Shown: piece after piece, positions 8,774 through 17,447 of the stretch
Position numbering within the stretch: position 1 is the stretch's first letter
Layout of the letters: each line of letters starts with the position of its first letter
Origin: a virus
Lineage: Duplodnaviria > Caudoviricetes
IMG/VR virus record: IMGVR_UViG_3300037873_000025
Coordinates: 1 to 46,564 of that record
DNA length: 46,564 nucleotides
Reading direction: 5' to 3' (one strand)
Program-made: the position numbers and the translations under genes
Notes under the pieces: model-generated
The model's database searches: none
What the model was told of the DNA's origin: nothing
Seen by the model: only the letters and a program-made list of their open reading frames with translations

Positions 8774-9307
8774 TCATGTGGCCGCTGCCTCCTTCACTGC
8801 CGGCCACGCGACTTTCGCCAGCGCGGCACGGTGAGCCTCGGGCATGGTGACGATCGGCACGCCCAGGTGGTCAGCGCCCATCGCGGCCAGGACCAGCGCG
8901 TCCGCCTCGTCGTTGCCACGCACCTCGACGGTGGGGAAGCGGCGCACCACGGCGGCTAGTACCTCGTCCTTGGGGGAGTTCCCCTTGCCGGTGGCGTACC
9001 GCTTCAGCCCGGTGGGGGAAACCTCGGCCCAGGGGATGCTGTGGGCGTCGATCTGCTCCATGACTAGGTGCCACAGTCCGGCGCGGGTGAGATGTTGGCC
9101 GGTCTGCCGGCTGATTGCCAGCCCCTCGACTACCACCAGGTCGGCGTCGCGCACGTAGTCCATGACCCGCTGGCGGATGATGCGCAGGCGGATGAACAGG
9201 TCCAGTGTGGGTGCCGGGCGGATCCGGTCGGCCCATCCGGCGCTGCCGGCCACGCCGGTGGAGGTGAGGCTCAGGTCCAGGCCGATCACGCGGCTACGTG
9301 GTGGCAT
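8774..9307 (-). CDS. ruvC: RuvC-like Holliday junction resolvase
   Basis: VIGLDLSLTSTG, VVVEG, LKRYATGKGN-PK and NDEADAL catalytic motifs. Confidence 0.88.
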   Translation of the reverse strand: MPPRSRVIGLDLSLTSTGVAGSAGWADRIRPAPTLDLFIRLRIIRQRVMDYVRDADLVVVEGLAISRQTGQHLTRAGLWHLVMEQIDAHSIPWAEVSPTGLKRYATGKGNSPKDEVLAAVVRRFPTVEVRGNDEADALVLAAMGADHLGVPIVTMPEAHRAALAKVAWPAVKEAAAT

Positions 9308-10316
9308 CGGTCACCCCGCTGCCGGGTTCGGCCGTGGCCGGCCAGTCGGCCAGCGGCGGCTCCTCCGCCTCGGCCGGCTCCGGCGCGTCCAGCGCGTCAA
9401 TGACCCGGCCGACCTCTGCCTTGCTGAGGTCCTTGGTCGACTGCACCTCCCGGCCCACCACCCCGGCGATGTACACGAGCGCGTTGTCCTTGTCCTCGCG
9501 GCCGGTCTTGCGCAGCAGCGCGTACATCTTGCGGTTCTGAGACGTGGCCGGCTCCGGCTTCTCCGGCTCGGCCGCGGGGAGTTCCTCGTCCAGCGGCGGC
9601 TCCTCCGCCGGCTGGGCCTCGGCCGCTGGCAGTGCCCGGCGGGCGCTACGTCGTGGGCTCACCGTGCGGGTGGCCGGCCCGGACTCGGCCTCCACCCGGA
9701 TCGTGTCCTGGATCTCCTCTACCGAGGCGATGCCGAGTAGCACCTCGGGGGCGGTCCGCTTGCACACCCGGCCGGCGGCCCGGGCGTACAGCATGTCCTG
9801 GGGGGTTTTCGCGTATGCCTGGTTGCTGGTCCAGCCGGCCTTCTTCGCCTGGTCCATGGTGATGGTGACCCGTTCGACGTGGGTGTCACCGGCGCGGCGG
9901 CCGCATACGACCGCCCGGCTGTCGCTGATGTCCTCGGTCCATACCTCATGCCCGTGGCCCTTGACGAGCGCCACCATCGCCTCGGCGTACATGCCGGGCC
10001 GGCCGTGGATCACGTAGATCTGCTGCAGCGCGGTGAGCGGGTCCATCCCGAGGGTGATGCCCTGCAGCACGGCGGCGGTTGCGTTGGCGACGGCCAGGTT
10101 ACGGGCGGCGGCCTTCTCCTCGGGGGTGGCGCGGGGGTCGATCTTCGGCCGGTAGGCGTCGGGGACGAACGGGGTGTCGACCAGTGGGGAGACGAGCGTG
10201 TGGGCTTGCTGCGCGGCGATGACCCACTGGCCGAGCCGGGCTAGTGCGTCGTTGCCGCCGTTGAGCGCGACGGTGGCGTTGGTGTCGATGCGGGCAAGGT
10301 CGGTGGTGGTGGTCAT
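9294..10316 (-). CDS. recT: RecT-like ssDNA annealing protein
   Basis: G-x-LGMDPLTALQQIYVIHGRP...AKKAGW...YAKTPQDMLYARA...APEVLLG; adjacent to the exonuclease. Confidence 0.8.
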   Translation of the reverse strand: MTTTTDLARIDTNATVALNGGNDALARLGQWVIAAQQAHTLVSPLVDTPFVPDAYRPKIDPRATPEEKAAARNLAVANATAAVLQGITLGMDPLTALQQIYVIHGRPGMYAEAMVALVKGHGHEVWTEDISDSRAVVCGRRAGDTHVERVTITMDQAKKAGWTSNQAYAKTPQDMLYARAAGRVCKRTAPEVLLGIASVEEIQDTIRVEAESGPATRTVSPRRSARRALPAAEAQPAEEPPLDEELPAAEPEKPEPATSQNRKMYALLRKTGREDKDNALVYIAGVVGREVQSTKDLSKAEVGRVIDALDAPEPAEAEEPPLADWPATAEPGSGVTDATT

Positions 10317-10972
10317 TAGAACGGTGGCTCCTCGTCTTTGGTGGGTGCTACGAACTGGACGCGGGTCATGGGACCGTACTGGCGCCAGATCTCTTCGGCG
10401 TTGTCGTCAGCCATGCGCGCCAGGCAGGTCAAGTACGACACGTTCTTGCCGGTGACGCGGGCGCACACCCACCGGTCGCCGCCACGGTCCTGCCAGACCT
10501 CACCCGGTGACGGTGGCCAGCCGACGGGCCTCTTCGATGTGGTGGGTTCGCCCTTGATCGTCCGGTTCCAGAACAGCAACAGTTCGGGCGTCGGCGGTTC
10601 GATCCGGTACGCGCGGGCCGGGTCGACTTCCGTGGTCATGAAGTCGGCGAACCGGGCAGCGATTTGCCCATCGTCCAGCGGGCCATAGACATAGGTGTCA
10701 TCGTCGCGGTCGCCACTGCGCACTACGACAACCCATGCGCCGCTCATGATGGCATCTCCTCGTCTTTGGTGGTTGGCTCCGCCCCGCTCGATAACGCCGT
10801 AGATGATCTTCAGCGGACCTTCATAATCGGAGCCGATCTCGCGAACGATGCCCACCGCGGTGTCGCTCCATAGCCCCGGAACGGTCACCCTGTCGCCGAC
10901 TCCGACGGCCAGCGAATCCGGGGCGCTGTAGGTGTACCACCGGCGGCCATCGAGTTGGACCTGGATCTTCAT
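10316..10972 (-). CDS. Hypothetical protein, apparently two fused ORFs (internal RBS+ATG at 10747)
   Basis: ATGA-coupled start MKIQVQLD...; in-frame GAGGAG-N8-ATG giving MSGAWVVVV... Confidence 0.6.
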   Translation of the reverse strand: MKIQVQLDGRRWYTYSAPDSLAVGVGDRVTVPGLWSDTAVGIVREIGSDYEGPLKIIYGVIERGGANHQRRGDAIMSGAWVVVVRSGDRDDDTYVYGPLDDGQIAARFADFMTTEVDPARAYRIEPPTPELLLFWNRTIKGEPTTSKRPVGWPPSPGEVWQDRGGDRWVCARVTGKNVSYLTCLARMADDNAEEIWRQYGPMTRVQFVAPTKDEEPPF

Positions 10973-11772
10973 GACTGCTCCCTTGTGAGCCGGAACGTGG
11001 ACGTGCTGGGCGGGATGATCGGCGGGCCGATCAGATCCCTGGAGCGGGCAACGAACCCGCCCACCCGCATCGCGTACAAGAAGTCCTTGTGCTCCTGCTC
11101 CCCGGCCTCGACCGGCACCAGGTCGTACCCGTCGCCACGTACATGGATGGCGGCGCAGAAGTCGACCAACGGCGGGTCTACCTCCAACCCGTCGACCACC
11201 CACTTATCCGCGTACCGGTAGCCGGCCAACTGCAACGCGGTCTCCCCGAACACCCCGGAGCGGCTGGTCTTCAGGTCCATGAGCAGCCGGGTACGACCAC
11301 GCTCCGGGAGCATCAGCCACGCGTCCAGGTCGGCGGTGCCGGCGTACCCCCACCGGTAGGACACGCACGAGAACTCGACGTGCACCGGCTCCACCTTGAA
11401 CTCATCCAGGAACCGGGCGTAGCTGTCGACGTGTCCGGCGATCTCCTCGGGCACCTGGGCGGACTTGCCGGCGAGTAGCTTCTCTGCGGCCCGGTGCACT
11501 TCGGTGCCACGGTTCTTCGCCTTGTCGACGTCCTCGTACCGGGCGCGCTGTAGCCGCTTCAACCGGGCTGCCGGCGCTATCATCCCGAGCTCGTCCCAGT
11601 GGTCTACCGCGTATTCGGCGGTGGTGTTGCCGGCCCAGTTGATGAGCGCTGGTTTGGGTACGCCCTGGTCGTTGATGGTGGTGACGCCGGGGACACGCTG
11701 CCCGGTGGCGTCCTTGTAGTGGTGGCCCTTCGCTGTGTCGACGCGCCGGATTGGGGCGGTGTATCGACTCAT
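10969..11772 (-). CDS. PD-(D/E)XK exonuclease (RecE/Cas4-like partner of RecT)
   Basis: VPGVTTI...KPALINWA...RGTEVH...YAGTADL...MDLKTS...LQLAGY. Confidence 0.85.
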   Translation of the reverse strand: MSRYTAPIRRVDTAKGHHYKDATGQRVPGVTTINDQGVPKPALINWAGNTTAEYAVDHWDELGMIAPAARLKRLQRARYEDVDKAKNRGTEVHRAAEKLLAGKSAQVPEEIAGHVDSYARFLDEFKVEPVHVEFSCVSYRWGYAGTADLDAWLMLPERGRTRLLMDLKTSRSGVFGETALQLAGYRYADKWVVDGLEVDPPLVDFCAAIHVRGDGYDLVPVEAGEQEHKDFLYAMRVGGFVARSRDLIGPPIIPPSTSTFRLTREQS

Positions 11773-12101
11773 GCCGCACCGCCGGCGGGTCGTAGCGGCG
11801 CGGGCAGGTGGTCGGCACCCGGGCAGTCCCGCCCGTCCGGGTCGTGATGGGCGCGGAGCCGCCCGTCGGCCTTCAGCTTGATCCGCTCGCGGTGGCAGGC
11901 GGGGCATTCGCCCCGGTCGTCGGCCGCCTCCCGCAGCGCGGCTACGAAGTCGTCGATGAGCGCGTCGCGCAGCTCGGCCCGGACGCGGCGTGCCATCCGC
12001 CACCGCCGCCACAGCGCAACGGGTGAGTGTTGCCAGCCGGACCACAGCCACAGCAGGCCGAGGCCGGCGGTGATACCCAGCCGGATCAGGTCCCGGATCA
12101 T
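11769..12101 (-). CDS. Membrane-anchored protein with CxxC...H...C motif
   Basis: GAGAGGA RBS; N-terminal hydrophobic segment; CPACH...RAH...CPG. Confidence 0.65.
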   Translation of the reverse strand: MIRDLIRLGITAGLGLLWLWSGWQHSPVALWRRWRMARRVRAELRDALIDDFVAALREAADDRGECPACHRERIKLKADGRLRAHHDPDGRDCPGADHLPAPLRPAGGAA

Positions 12102-12129
12102 GATGGTGTCCTCTCTGGCTCGTGGGTGG

Positions 12130-12549
12130 TCACGGGCTCACCAGCCTCTGCCGGGACTCGTCCCGCTGGGTGGCGTTCCAGCAGCTACGCGAGCAGTACC
12201 GGCTTCGCACGTCGCGCGGGGCGAACCATCCCGAACACCGCTCGCAGATAGCAAGCCGACGGTCGGCCCGTTCCGCCCGCACCCGGCCGGTGCGCCGCTC
12301 CTGTTCGGTGAGTCCGCCCCAGATGCCGAACGGCTCGGCACGGCCGGCGTCGCCGCACTCGGCCGCCACCGGGCAGCGGCGGCAGACCCGCTTGGCCGCC
12401 TGGATCTGCTTCTCGACCGCTGACCGCATGCTGGAGGTCGGGACCGGAAAAAACAGCTCCGGGTCCTCGCCCCGGCAGGCGGCCTCGTCTGCCCACCCGG
12501 GGCCGGGGGCGAGGGTGTGGGGCGGGTGCCGGTCAGCCGGGCGCATCAC
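12130..12549 (-). CDS. whiB: WhiB-family (Wbl) Fe-S transcription factor with extra C-terminal Cys domain
   Basis: W-x3-AAC...PELFFP...AKRVCRRCPV-x2-EC...GIWGGLTEQER; then CERC...YCSRSC. Confidence 0.92.
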   Translation of the reverse strand: MMRPADRHPPHTLAPGPGWADEAACRGEDPELFFPVPTSSMRSAVEKQIQAAKRVCRRCPVAAECGDAGRAEPFGIWGGLTEQERRTGRVRAERADRRLAICERCSGWFAPRDVRSRYCSRSCWNATQRDESRQRLVSP

Positions 12550-12715
12550 TGCCCCCGCTCTGGAACGTGGGCCGCCAGCCAGCGGCGACGAGCGCGTCCA
12601 GCATCGCGTGGGCGCGTACGCGGCAGTCGTGACATGGGGTGCCGATGCTGGCGGGGCCGCAGAGCGCTAGGGCTGCCACCTCTATGTCAGCGTCGGTAAA
12701 CAGCGGCTCAGCCAT
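12533..12715 (-). CDS. Hypothetical protein (60 aa)
   Basis: TGATG coupling; MAEPLFTDADIE...CHDC. Confidence 0.55.
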   Translation of the reverse strand: MAEPLFTDADIEVAALALCGPASIGTPCHDCRVRAHAMLDALVAAGWRPTFQSGGSDAPG

Positions 12716-12960
12716 CACCGCCACCCTTCGAGGTCGTCCTGGGGTCGCCGGGTGGCTACCGGGCTGCGGGCGGCGATCATCAGCGCCCGGCAGGTGGAGC
12801 CGTGGATGATGGCGGTCCGGAAAGTCCACGCCATGCCGTCTAGTGGTGTCCAATCCGCTTCGTCCACCCACCATTGCCACCGGCGGCGGAGCCAGCTCAG
12901 CGGTCCGTGGTGGACGCGCTCGACGTGGAGGGTCAGCCCGCCACGGCTGTCAACGATCAT
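12715..12960 (-). CDS. Trp-rich hypothetical protein (81 aa)
   Basis: ATGA coupling. Confidence 0.55.
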   Translation of the reverse strand: MIVDSRGGLTLHVERVHHGPLSWLRRRWQWWVDEADWTPLDGMAWTFRTAIIHGSTCRALMIAARSPVATRRPQDDLEGWR

Positions 12961-13301
12961 GACCCGGTCTCCGTTCCGTTGGCGGCGGCGACCTGCCGGG
13001 TGAGCTCGGCCAGCTCGGCCGTGGCCCGGTCGATCCGCTGGCCCAGCGTCTCGGCGGGCATGGCGCACATGAGGGTGAGCTCAACCGTCCCACCGGCGAG
13101 CGCCCCTTTGGCCATGTGCACGTCTACGCCGTGGCCGCTGGTCCGCAGGCCGGTGGGGATGCCGGCGGCGCGGGCGGCGAAGTCGACCAGGTCGGGCCGG
13201 CCGGGCGGGTAGTGGAGGGTGACGCTGGCCTCCTGGGGCGGGTGCTGGTGCACCAGTACGGCGAGGTTCTGGGTGATCGCCACGATCAGGGGGCCGTTCA
13301 T
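12957..13301 (-). CDS. Hypothetical protein (114 aa)
   Basis: ATGA coupling; globular composition. Confidence 0.6.
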   Translation of the reverse strand: MNGPLIVAITQNLAVLVHQHPPQEASVTLHYPPGRPDLVDFAARAAGIPTGLRTSGHGVDVHMAKGALAGGTVELTLMCAMPAETLGQRIDRATAELAELTRQVAAANGTETGS

Positions 13302-13516
13302 CGGACGGCCCTGCCCAGCCGGGAGTGGGCGGTGGTGATGCGCACCAGCCGCATCATGTCGCTGAGGTCGGGGGCGGTGAGCGCGGCGTCGACGGCGTCG
13401 GCGAACTGCTGGTGGTGGCCGAGCAGGTCGGCGCTGGTCCACTGGCCGTTGTCGTGCCGGGGGTCGCCGTGGCGGCCACCCACCGGCTGGCTGTTAGGCT
13501 CGGGCTGGCTGTTCAT
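13298..13516 (-). CDS. Hypothetical protein (72 aa)
   Basis: AAGGA RBS, ATGA coupling. Confidence 0.6.
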   Translation of the reverse strand: MNSQPEPNSQPVGGRHGDPRHDNGQWTSADLLGHHQQFADAVDAALTAPDLSDMMRLVRITTAHSRLGRAVR

Positions 13517-14031
13517 GGCAGTTCCTTTCGGTGGTGGTCCGCTGGCCCCGCCCCTTCCCGGGCGGGGCTGGTGTGTGTCTGGTGGCGGCCGTCAGCGGCT
13601 ACGGCAGCGGCCGCCACCAGAGAGCCGGCCCGCCCGGGCCGATGGGGGGCCACGTCCCGGGCGGGAGTCAGATGGTTGAGCGGCGGGTCCAGGTAGCGCC
13701 ACTCGATCCGGGTCACCTGGGTGGTGGCTTGGCAGCGCATGTGCTGGCAGAAGAACTGCACGAACTGCCGGCCGGTCATACCCGGGAAGCCCTCACGTTC
13801 GACCTCGCGGTCGTCGAGCTGGACCATGTACAACGGCTCTGGCCGCACCGACACGACCTGGACCTCAGCCAGCCGTTCCAGCGGCTCTCCGGCCGTGCGA
13901 CCTTGCACCTTCCGGCACAGGGTCAGCCGGTCACCAGGCTTGAGGAATCGCCAGCCGAGCCGACGGGTGACGGTCTTTTGCCGCTCGACCACGGCTTGCT
14001 CGGTCAGCGCGACGGACATGAGCCGGCTCAT
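13513..14031 (-). CDS. ASCH/PUA-like domain protein
   Basis: KTVTRRLGW-x2-LKPGD...VVSVRPEPL...EREGFPG...FVQFF...VTRIEW. Confidence 0.75.
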   Translation of the reverse strand: MSRLMSVALTEQAVVERQKTVTRRLGWRFLKPGDRLTLCRKVQGRTAGEPLERLAEVQVVSVRPEPLYMVQLDDREVEREGFPGMTGRQFVQFFCQHMRCQATTQVTRIEWRYLDPPLNHLTPARDVAPHRPGRAGSLVAAAAVAADGRHQTHTSPAREGAGPADHHRKELP

Positions 14032-14450
14032 GTCGCACCTCGTACGGCGGCCCGGCCGGTCGCGTAGACCACGTGGCCACGGCGGGCGGGTAGCTGGGTG
14101 CCGCCGGTGCGGTGCCGGCCGGTGGCGGACCCCCGGGGGAAGTGGGAGCCCGCCACCGGCCGGGCGGCGCCCGCCCCCGCACCCCTACCAGGGGCGGGCG
14201 CCGCGGCCCAGGCTGCCACCGCGCGTCCACTCGCGGGAGCCTGGGGGACCACCCGGGCCGCCAGCGCAGCAGCCGGGTGGCATCGGGGGAGCAGGGTGGC
14301 CACCGCCCACAGGGCGGCGAGCAGCGGCAGCGGCCCGGCGGCCACGACCAGCCACAGCCCGGCCGCGGCACCGGCGACAACCGCTATGGCGGTGGCGGTG
14401 TGGGCGGTGGCCGGGTGGGTGACGGCAACGGCCAGGTGGTGGCGGATCAC
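14028..14450 (-). CDS. Ala-rich membrane protein
   Basis: GTGA coupling; N-terminal hydrophobic helices. Confidence 0.5.
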   Translation of the reverse strand: MIRHHLAVAVTHPATAHTATAIAVVAGAAAGLWLVVAAGPLPLLAALWAVATLLPRCHPAAALAARVVPQAPASGRAVAAWAAAPAPGRGAGAGAARPVAGSHFPRGSATGRHRTGGTQLPARRGHVVYATGRAAVRGAT

Positions 14451-14659
14451 GACGCACCACCGTGGGGGCAGTAGGCAGACGACTCGGGGAGCACGTATTC
14501 CTGCTCCATCCAGCACCGTTCGCAGATCGGCCCCCAGGCGTGGGGGGCCGGCGCATACTGGCCTGCTGTGCGTACGTTCGGCTTCAAGCTCATGATGCCG
14601 ACGACGCGGCAGCCGGGAATGGCACCCGGCTGGTTCGCGGCGTCGAGCGAGATGGCCAT
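14447..14659 (-). CDS. Hypothetical protein (70 aa)
   Basis: CERC...CPH; coupled to the next gene. Confidence 0.5.
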   Translation of the reverse strand: MAISLDAANQPGAIPGCRVVGIMSLKPNVRTAGQYAPAPHAWGPICERCWMEQEYVLPESSAYCPHGGAS

Positions 14660-14661
14660 GG

Positions 14662-14778
14662 TCACCACCCGGCCGCGTGCAGCCAGACGAGCGCGAGCGC
14701 CGCGACCACGGCCAGCAGCACGGTGAGCTGGGCCAGGCCCCGCAGGTGCCGGTTCAGGGTCGGGTCCCGGCGGCTCAC
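14662..14778 (-). CDS. 38-aa single-TM peptide (not in ORF track)
   Basis: GTGA overlap; MSRRDPTLNRHLRGLAQLTVLLAVVAALALVWLHAAGW. Confidence 0.5.
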   Translation of the reverse strand: MSRRDPTLNRHLRGLAQLTVLLAVVAALALVWLHAAGW

Positions 14779-15083
14779 GACGCACCGCCGGGGGTGGCGC
14801 GGCGGGCGTCGATCAGCTCCCGCCACGCGGCGGTCAAGGTGGGCCAGAGCGAATCTGGTTCATCGATGCACAGCGAGAAGCCGAAGGGCGTTCCGACGTC
14901 ATACTTCTCGCTCAGTCCACGCTGGATCACGGATGTCAGGTAGTCACCGTCCAGCTGGCCAAGCACGCAGCGGCATTGACTGGACAGGTCCAGCCGGTCC
15001 AGGTTGATCCGGTCGACCCAGCCGGGTTCGTGCTCGTCCAGCCAGGCCGCACCGGCTCGAACCCGCTCAGCGATGGTGCTCAC
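14775..15083 (-). CDS. Hypothetical protein (102 aa)
   Basis: GAGG RBS; RVRAGAAWLDEHEPGW...LDL...CVLGQL, a pattern resembling other actinophage hypotheticals. Confidence 0.7.
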   Translation of the reverse strand: MSTIAERVRAGAAWLDEHEPGWVDRINLDRLDLSSQCRCVLGQLDGDYLTSVIQRGLSEKYDVGTPFGFSLCIDEPDSLWPTLTAAWRELIDARRATPGGAS

Positions 15084-15319
15084 GTCGGTTCCTCTCCGGT
15101 GGTGGCCGGGTCGATGCCGATGACGGTGGTGACGGTGGCGACCCCCCCGCCGGCGGTGAGCGGATGCCCGTCGGCGTCGCGCCGTCGGCGGACGACCTCC
15201 AGCCACCCGCCGGCGGGGGTGGCGCGGACGGACAGGTCGAGCACGTCACCGGGGTCCACCTGCCAGTCGGTGAGCGCGGCGGTGAGGGCGGCGTAGGGGA
15301 TGGCGACCGGGTCGCTCAC
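15080..15319 (-). CDS. Hypothetical protein (79 aa)
   Basis: GTGA-coupled at both ends. Confidence 0.6.
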   Translation of the reverse strand: MSDPVAIPYAALTAALTDWQVDPGDVLDLSVRATPAGGWLEVVRRRRDADGHPLTAGGGVATVTTVIGIDPATTGEEPT

Positions 15320-15504
15320 CGGACTGCCTCAAATTCCGAGGTGTGCGCCCAGTCGTCGCCGTGCCCGCCCGGGTCCTGGAACCGGAACGTCTCCGGTCCG
15401 ACCCCGCAGTTCTCGCCCTCCTCGCAGGTGCCGATCTCCAGCACCTCGACGACGATGGGGACGCCGGGTATCCGCACCTTGTCGCCGATCTCAAACTTGG
15501 CCAT
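15316..15504 (-). CDS. Small SH3/KOW-like hypothetical protein (62 aa)
   Basis: GAGGAG RBS; KFEIGDKVRI. Confidence 0.65.
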   Translation of the reverse strand: MAKFEIGDKVRIPGVPIVVEVLEIGTCEEGENCGVGPETFRFQDPGGHGDDWAHTSEFEAVR

Positions 15505-15505
15505 G

Positions 15506-15832
15506 TCAACTCTCCTCAGTGGTGTCGGTGGGGTGGTTCAGCCGGCGCAGCAGTTCGGCCGCCGGTGTCAGGTGGTCTGAGAACCCGGTGGGTTCGTGGC
15601 CGCCCAACCGGTCGGGGTGGGGGTCGCGCCGGTCGGGCTGGTCGTCCGCGCGGTGCCGCAGCAGCAGCCACGGCAGCATTAGCAGCGCGAGCGCGCAGCC
15701 GGAGCGGCGCCGTTTGCCGGCGCGGCGGACGGCGGCCTTCTGGGCGCGGGTGTCGGCGCGGCCCTGGCGGTAACCCCGGCGGTAGTCGTCGTCCTTGCCG
15801 CCGCGGCTGGGGTCCACCCGGTGAGGGCTCAC
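15506..15832 (-). CDS. Hypothetical protein with a short hydrophobic segment (108 aa)
   Basis: GTGA coupling. Confidence 0.5.
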   Translation of the reverse strand: MSPHRVDPSRGGKDDDYRRGYRQGRADTRAQKAAVRRAGKRRRSGCALALLMLPWLLLRHRADDQPDRRDPHPDRLGGHEPTGFSDHLTPAAELLRRLNHPTDTTEES

Positions 15833-16008
15833 CGGTCCACCGCCGGGGTTTCCGACCGGGGGCAGCTCCGCCGCGCCGGCGCCAGGTGGCGGGGGAGCAT
15901 CGTCCCGCCGCGGACCAGTCTGAGCAGCCGGCCGCATGCCGGGCAGCGGCCGGTGGGGTCGCTGAGCTTCCGGGCGACGTTGGCCACGGCAGCGTCCCGG
16001 GCGCTCAT
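15829..16008 (-). CDS. Small CxxC...H...C protein (59 aa)
   Basis: ATGA coupling; GRCPACGR...PRH...CPRS, similar to the C-terminus of 11769-12101. Confidence 0.6.
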   Translation of the reverse strand: MSARDAAVANVARKLSDPTGRCPACGRLLRLVRGGTMLPRHLAPARRSCPRSETPAVDR

Positions 16009-16175
16009 GACCCCACCACCCGTGGTGGCCGGAGCATGTGCTCGGGCGTGTCCGGGTCCCCGCACCAGCACCCGCAGCCGGGCTCACCGCACGGGCAGTG
16101 GTTGTCCAGGTCCTCGCGGCACTCGGGGCAGGGGACGGTCTCGCGGAAGTCCCGCCAGTCGTAGTGACGGATCAC
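16005..16175 (-). CDS. Small Cys-rich protein (56 aa, not in ORF track)
   Basis: GGAGG RBS with GTGA start; CPEC...HCPC...CGCWC. Confidence 0.6.
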   Translation of the reverse strand: MIRHYDWRDFRETVPCPECREDLDNHCPCGEPGCGCWCGDPDTPEHMLRPPRVVGS

Positions 16176-16387
16176 CGCGCACCTCCGGTCGGCTCGGCGG
16201 TGGGTTCGGTGTCGCGGATCATCTCCGCGAGCAGGAGCAGTTCATCCCGGTCGACGGTGATGTTCAGGACGCGCTTGAACCGGCAGCGGGTGTGGACGAT
16301 CAAGTAGCCCTGGTCACCGGACGCGGCGATGCTGATGTCGGTGGCGTCCACGTCGCGGAAGATCCACCAGTTGTAGAGCCAGCTCAC
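16172..16387 (-). CDS. Hypothetical protein (71 aa)
   Basis: GGAGG RBS with GTGA start. Confidence 0.6.
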   Translation of the reverse strand: MSWLYNWWIFRDVDATDISIAASGDQGYLIVHTRCRFKRVLNITVDRDELLLLAEMIRDTEPTAEPTGGAR

Positions 16388-17106
16388 CGCGCACCTCCGG
16401 CCTGCTCGGCGGTGGGCAGGAACCGGGTCCGACAGCCGGGCGGGCGCTGGGCGGCACGGCGCCACGGGCGCTGGTCACGTGCCGTATGCCGCTTGTTGTA
16501 GGGCGGCTGGGCAGCCGCGATCTCCTCGAATTCGGCCACTAGGGCCTCCTCGATCGTGGAGTACTGGGTAAAGTCGATACGCGCCACCAGCGCCCAGAAC
16601 TTGCCGCTGACGTGACTCATCAGGCGCTGGAAAAGCGCGATGGTGCAACCGATGTAGAGAGGCTGGTCATAGGCGTCGTAGAGCCGGTAGACGGCCGGGC
16701 TCTCGTAGTCGGCTAGCGCGCAAAGGTCGCATAGAACCAGGTCAGCGGGTGGTTCGACGCTCAGCACTGGACGGGCCAGCGTGACACCGCAAGCGCCCGC
16801 CAGCGCGTCGCCGAACGTCTTGGCGACCCGACCCCTGATCAAGTGGAAGCGCCTGGATACGCGGAGGCTGCCGTGCATCCAGATCGCCGCGGTGGCCGGC
16901 ACCACCACTTCCGGCTCGGGTGCACACAGGGGCGCACGCCGTGCTAGGTCGTAGCAACCTCGACATAGCCCTTTAGCTACATGGCGGCGATCACTGTGGC
17001 ACTCGGCCGCCAAGCGAATCTTCCGCGCGGGCTTCGGCGGCAATAGGTCCGGCATCGACAGCGCGGAGGCGATCTCCTGACGGGTCATCGTCTGGAGCCG
17101 GCTCAC
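16384..17106 (-). CDS. GIY-YIG nuclease-domain protein with N-terminal Cys/His motifs
   Basis: AVYRLYD...LYIGCT...RLMSH...AE...PPYN; N-terminal CH...HVAKGLCRGCY. Confidence 0.8.
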   Translation of the reverse strand: MSRLQTMTRQEIASALSMPDLLPPKPARKIRLAAECHSDRRHVAKGLCRGCYDLARRAPLCAPEPEVVVPATAAIWMHGSLRVSRRFHLIRGRVAKTFGDALAGACGVTLARPVLSVEPPADLVLCDLCALADYESPAVYRLYDAYDQPLYIGCTIALFQRLMSHVSGKFWALVARIDFTQYSTIEEALVAEFEEIAAAQPPYNKRHTARDQRPWRRAAQRPPGCRTRFLPTAEQAGGAR

Positions 17107-17315
17107 CGCGCGCCCCCTGCCGGCTCCGGCGCGCTGTCGAACCAGCTCCGCAGCGCCTCATGCGAGACCTCGACACCCGTCGCCTCGGTCAGGTCGGTGG
17201 CCAGAGCGCGCCAACCGGTGCCGCTGGCACGGCGCTGAGCGACGTAGGCGGCGAGGGTGGTTCCGGTCAGGTGCCGTTCAAGCTGCCGGTAAAGCCGGGT
17301 AGTTCCTTCTCCCAT
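17103..17315 (-). CDS. Cro-like HTH protein (leaderless)
   Basis: First gene of the early operon, divergent from the repressor; GWRALATDL...VSHEALRSWF. Confidence 0.7.
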   Translation of the reverse strand: MGEGTTRLYRQLERHLTGTTLAAYVAQRRASGTGWRALATDLTEATGVEVSHEALRSWFDSAPEPAGGAR

Positions 17316-17441
17316 GGCCAGAAGCTTGACATGGTGAAGCTAGCTTGTCCATGGGTCGCCATCACCCGAACGGGCATAAGTTTGACGACGTTGAGGTGGC
17401 AGGTCTTGCCACCACTCCAAGCGCTATGTCAAACTCCTGAC
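17316..17441. promoter_or_regulatory. Divergent cro/repressor promoters and operators
   Basis: Leftward TGGACA-N17-CAAGCT, 7 nt before the cro ATG. Rightward TTGCCA-N18-CAAACT, 6 nt before GTG 17442. Palindrome AGCTTGAC-ATG-GTGAAGCT at 17323-17341, with related half-sites at 17342, 17379 and 17427 (reverse). Confidence 0.65.
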
Positions 17442-17447
17442 GTGGAT

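Noticed and set aside
10969-11772. CRISPR-Cas (Cas4-like gene)
   Set aside because: No repeat-spacer array or other cas genes. Its position near recT indicates a recombination exonuclease.
17412-17435. dif site (TATGTCAAACT resembles a XerD arm)
   Set aside because: No properly spaced XerC arm. It is better explained as the repressor promoter -10 and an operator half-site.
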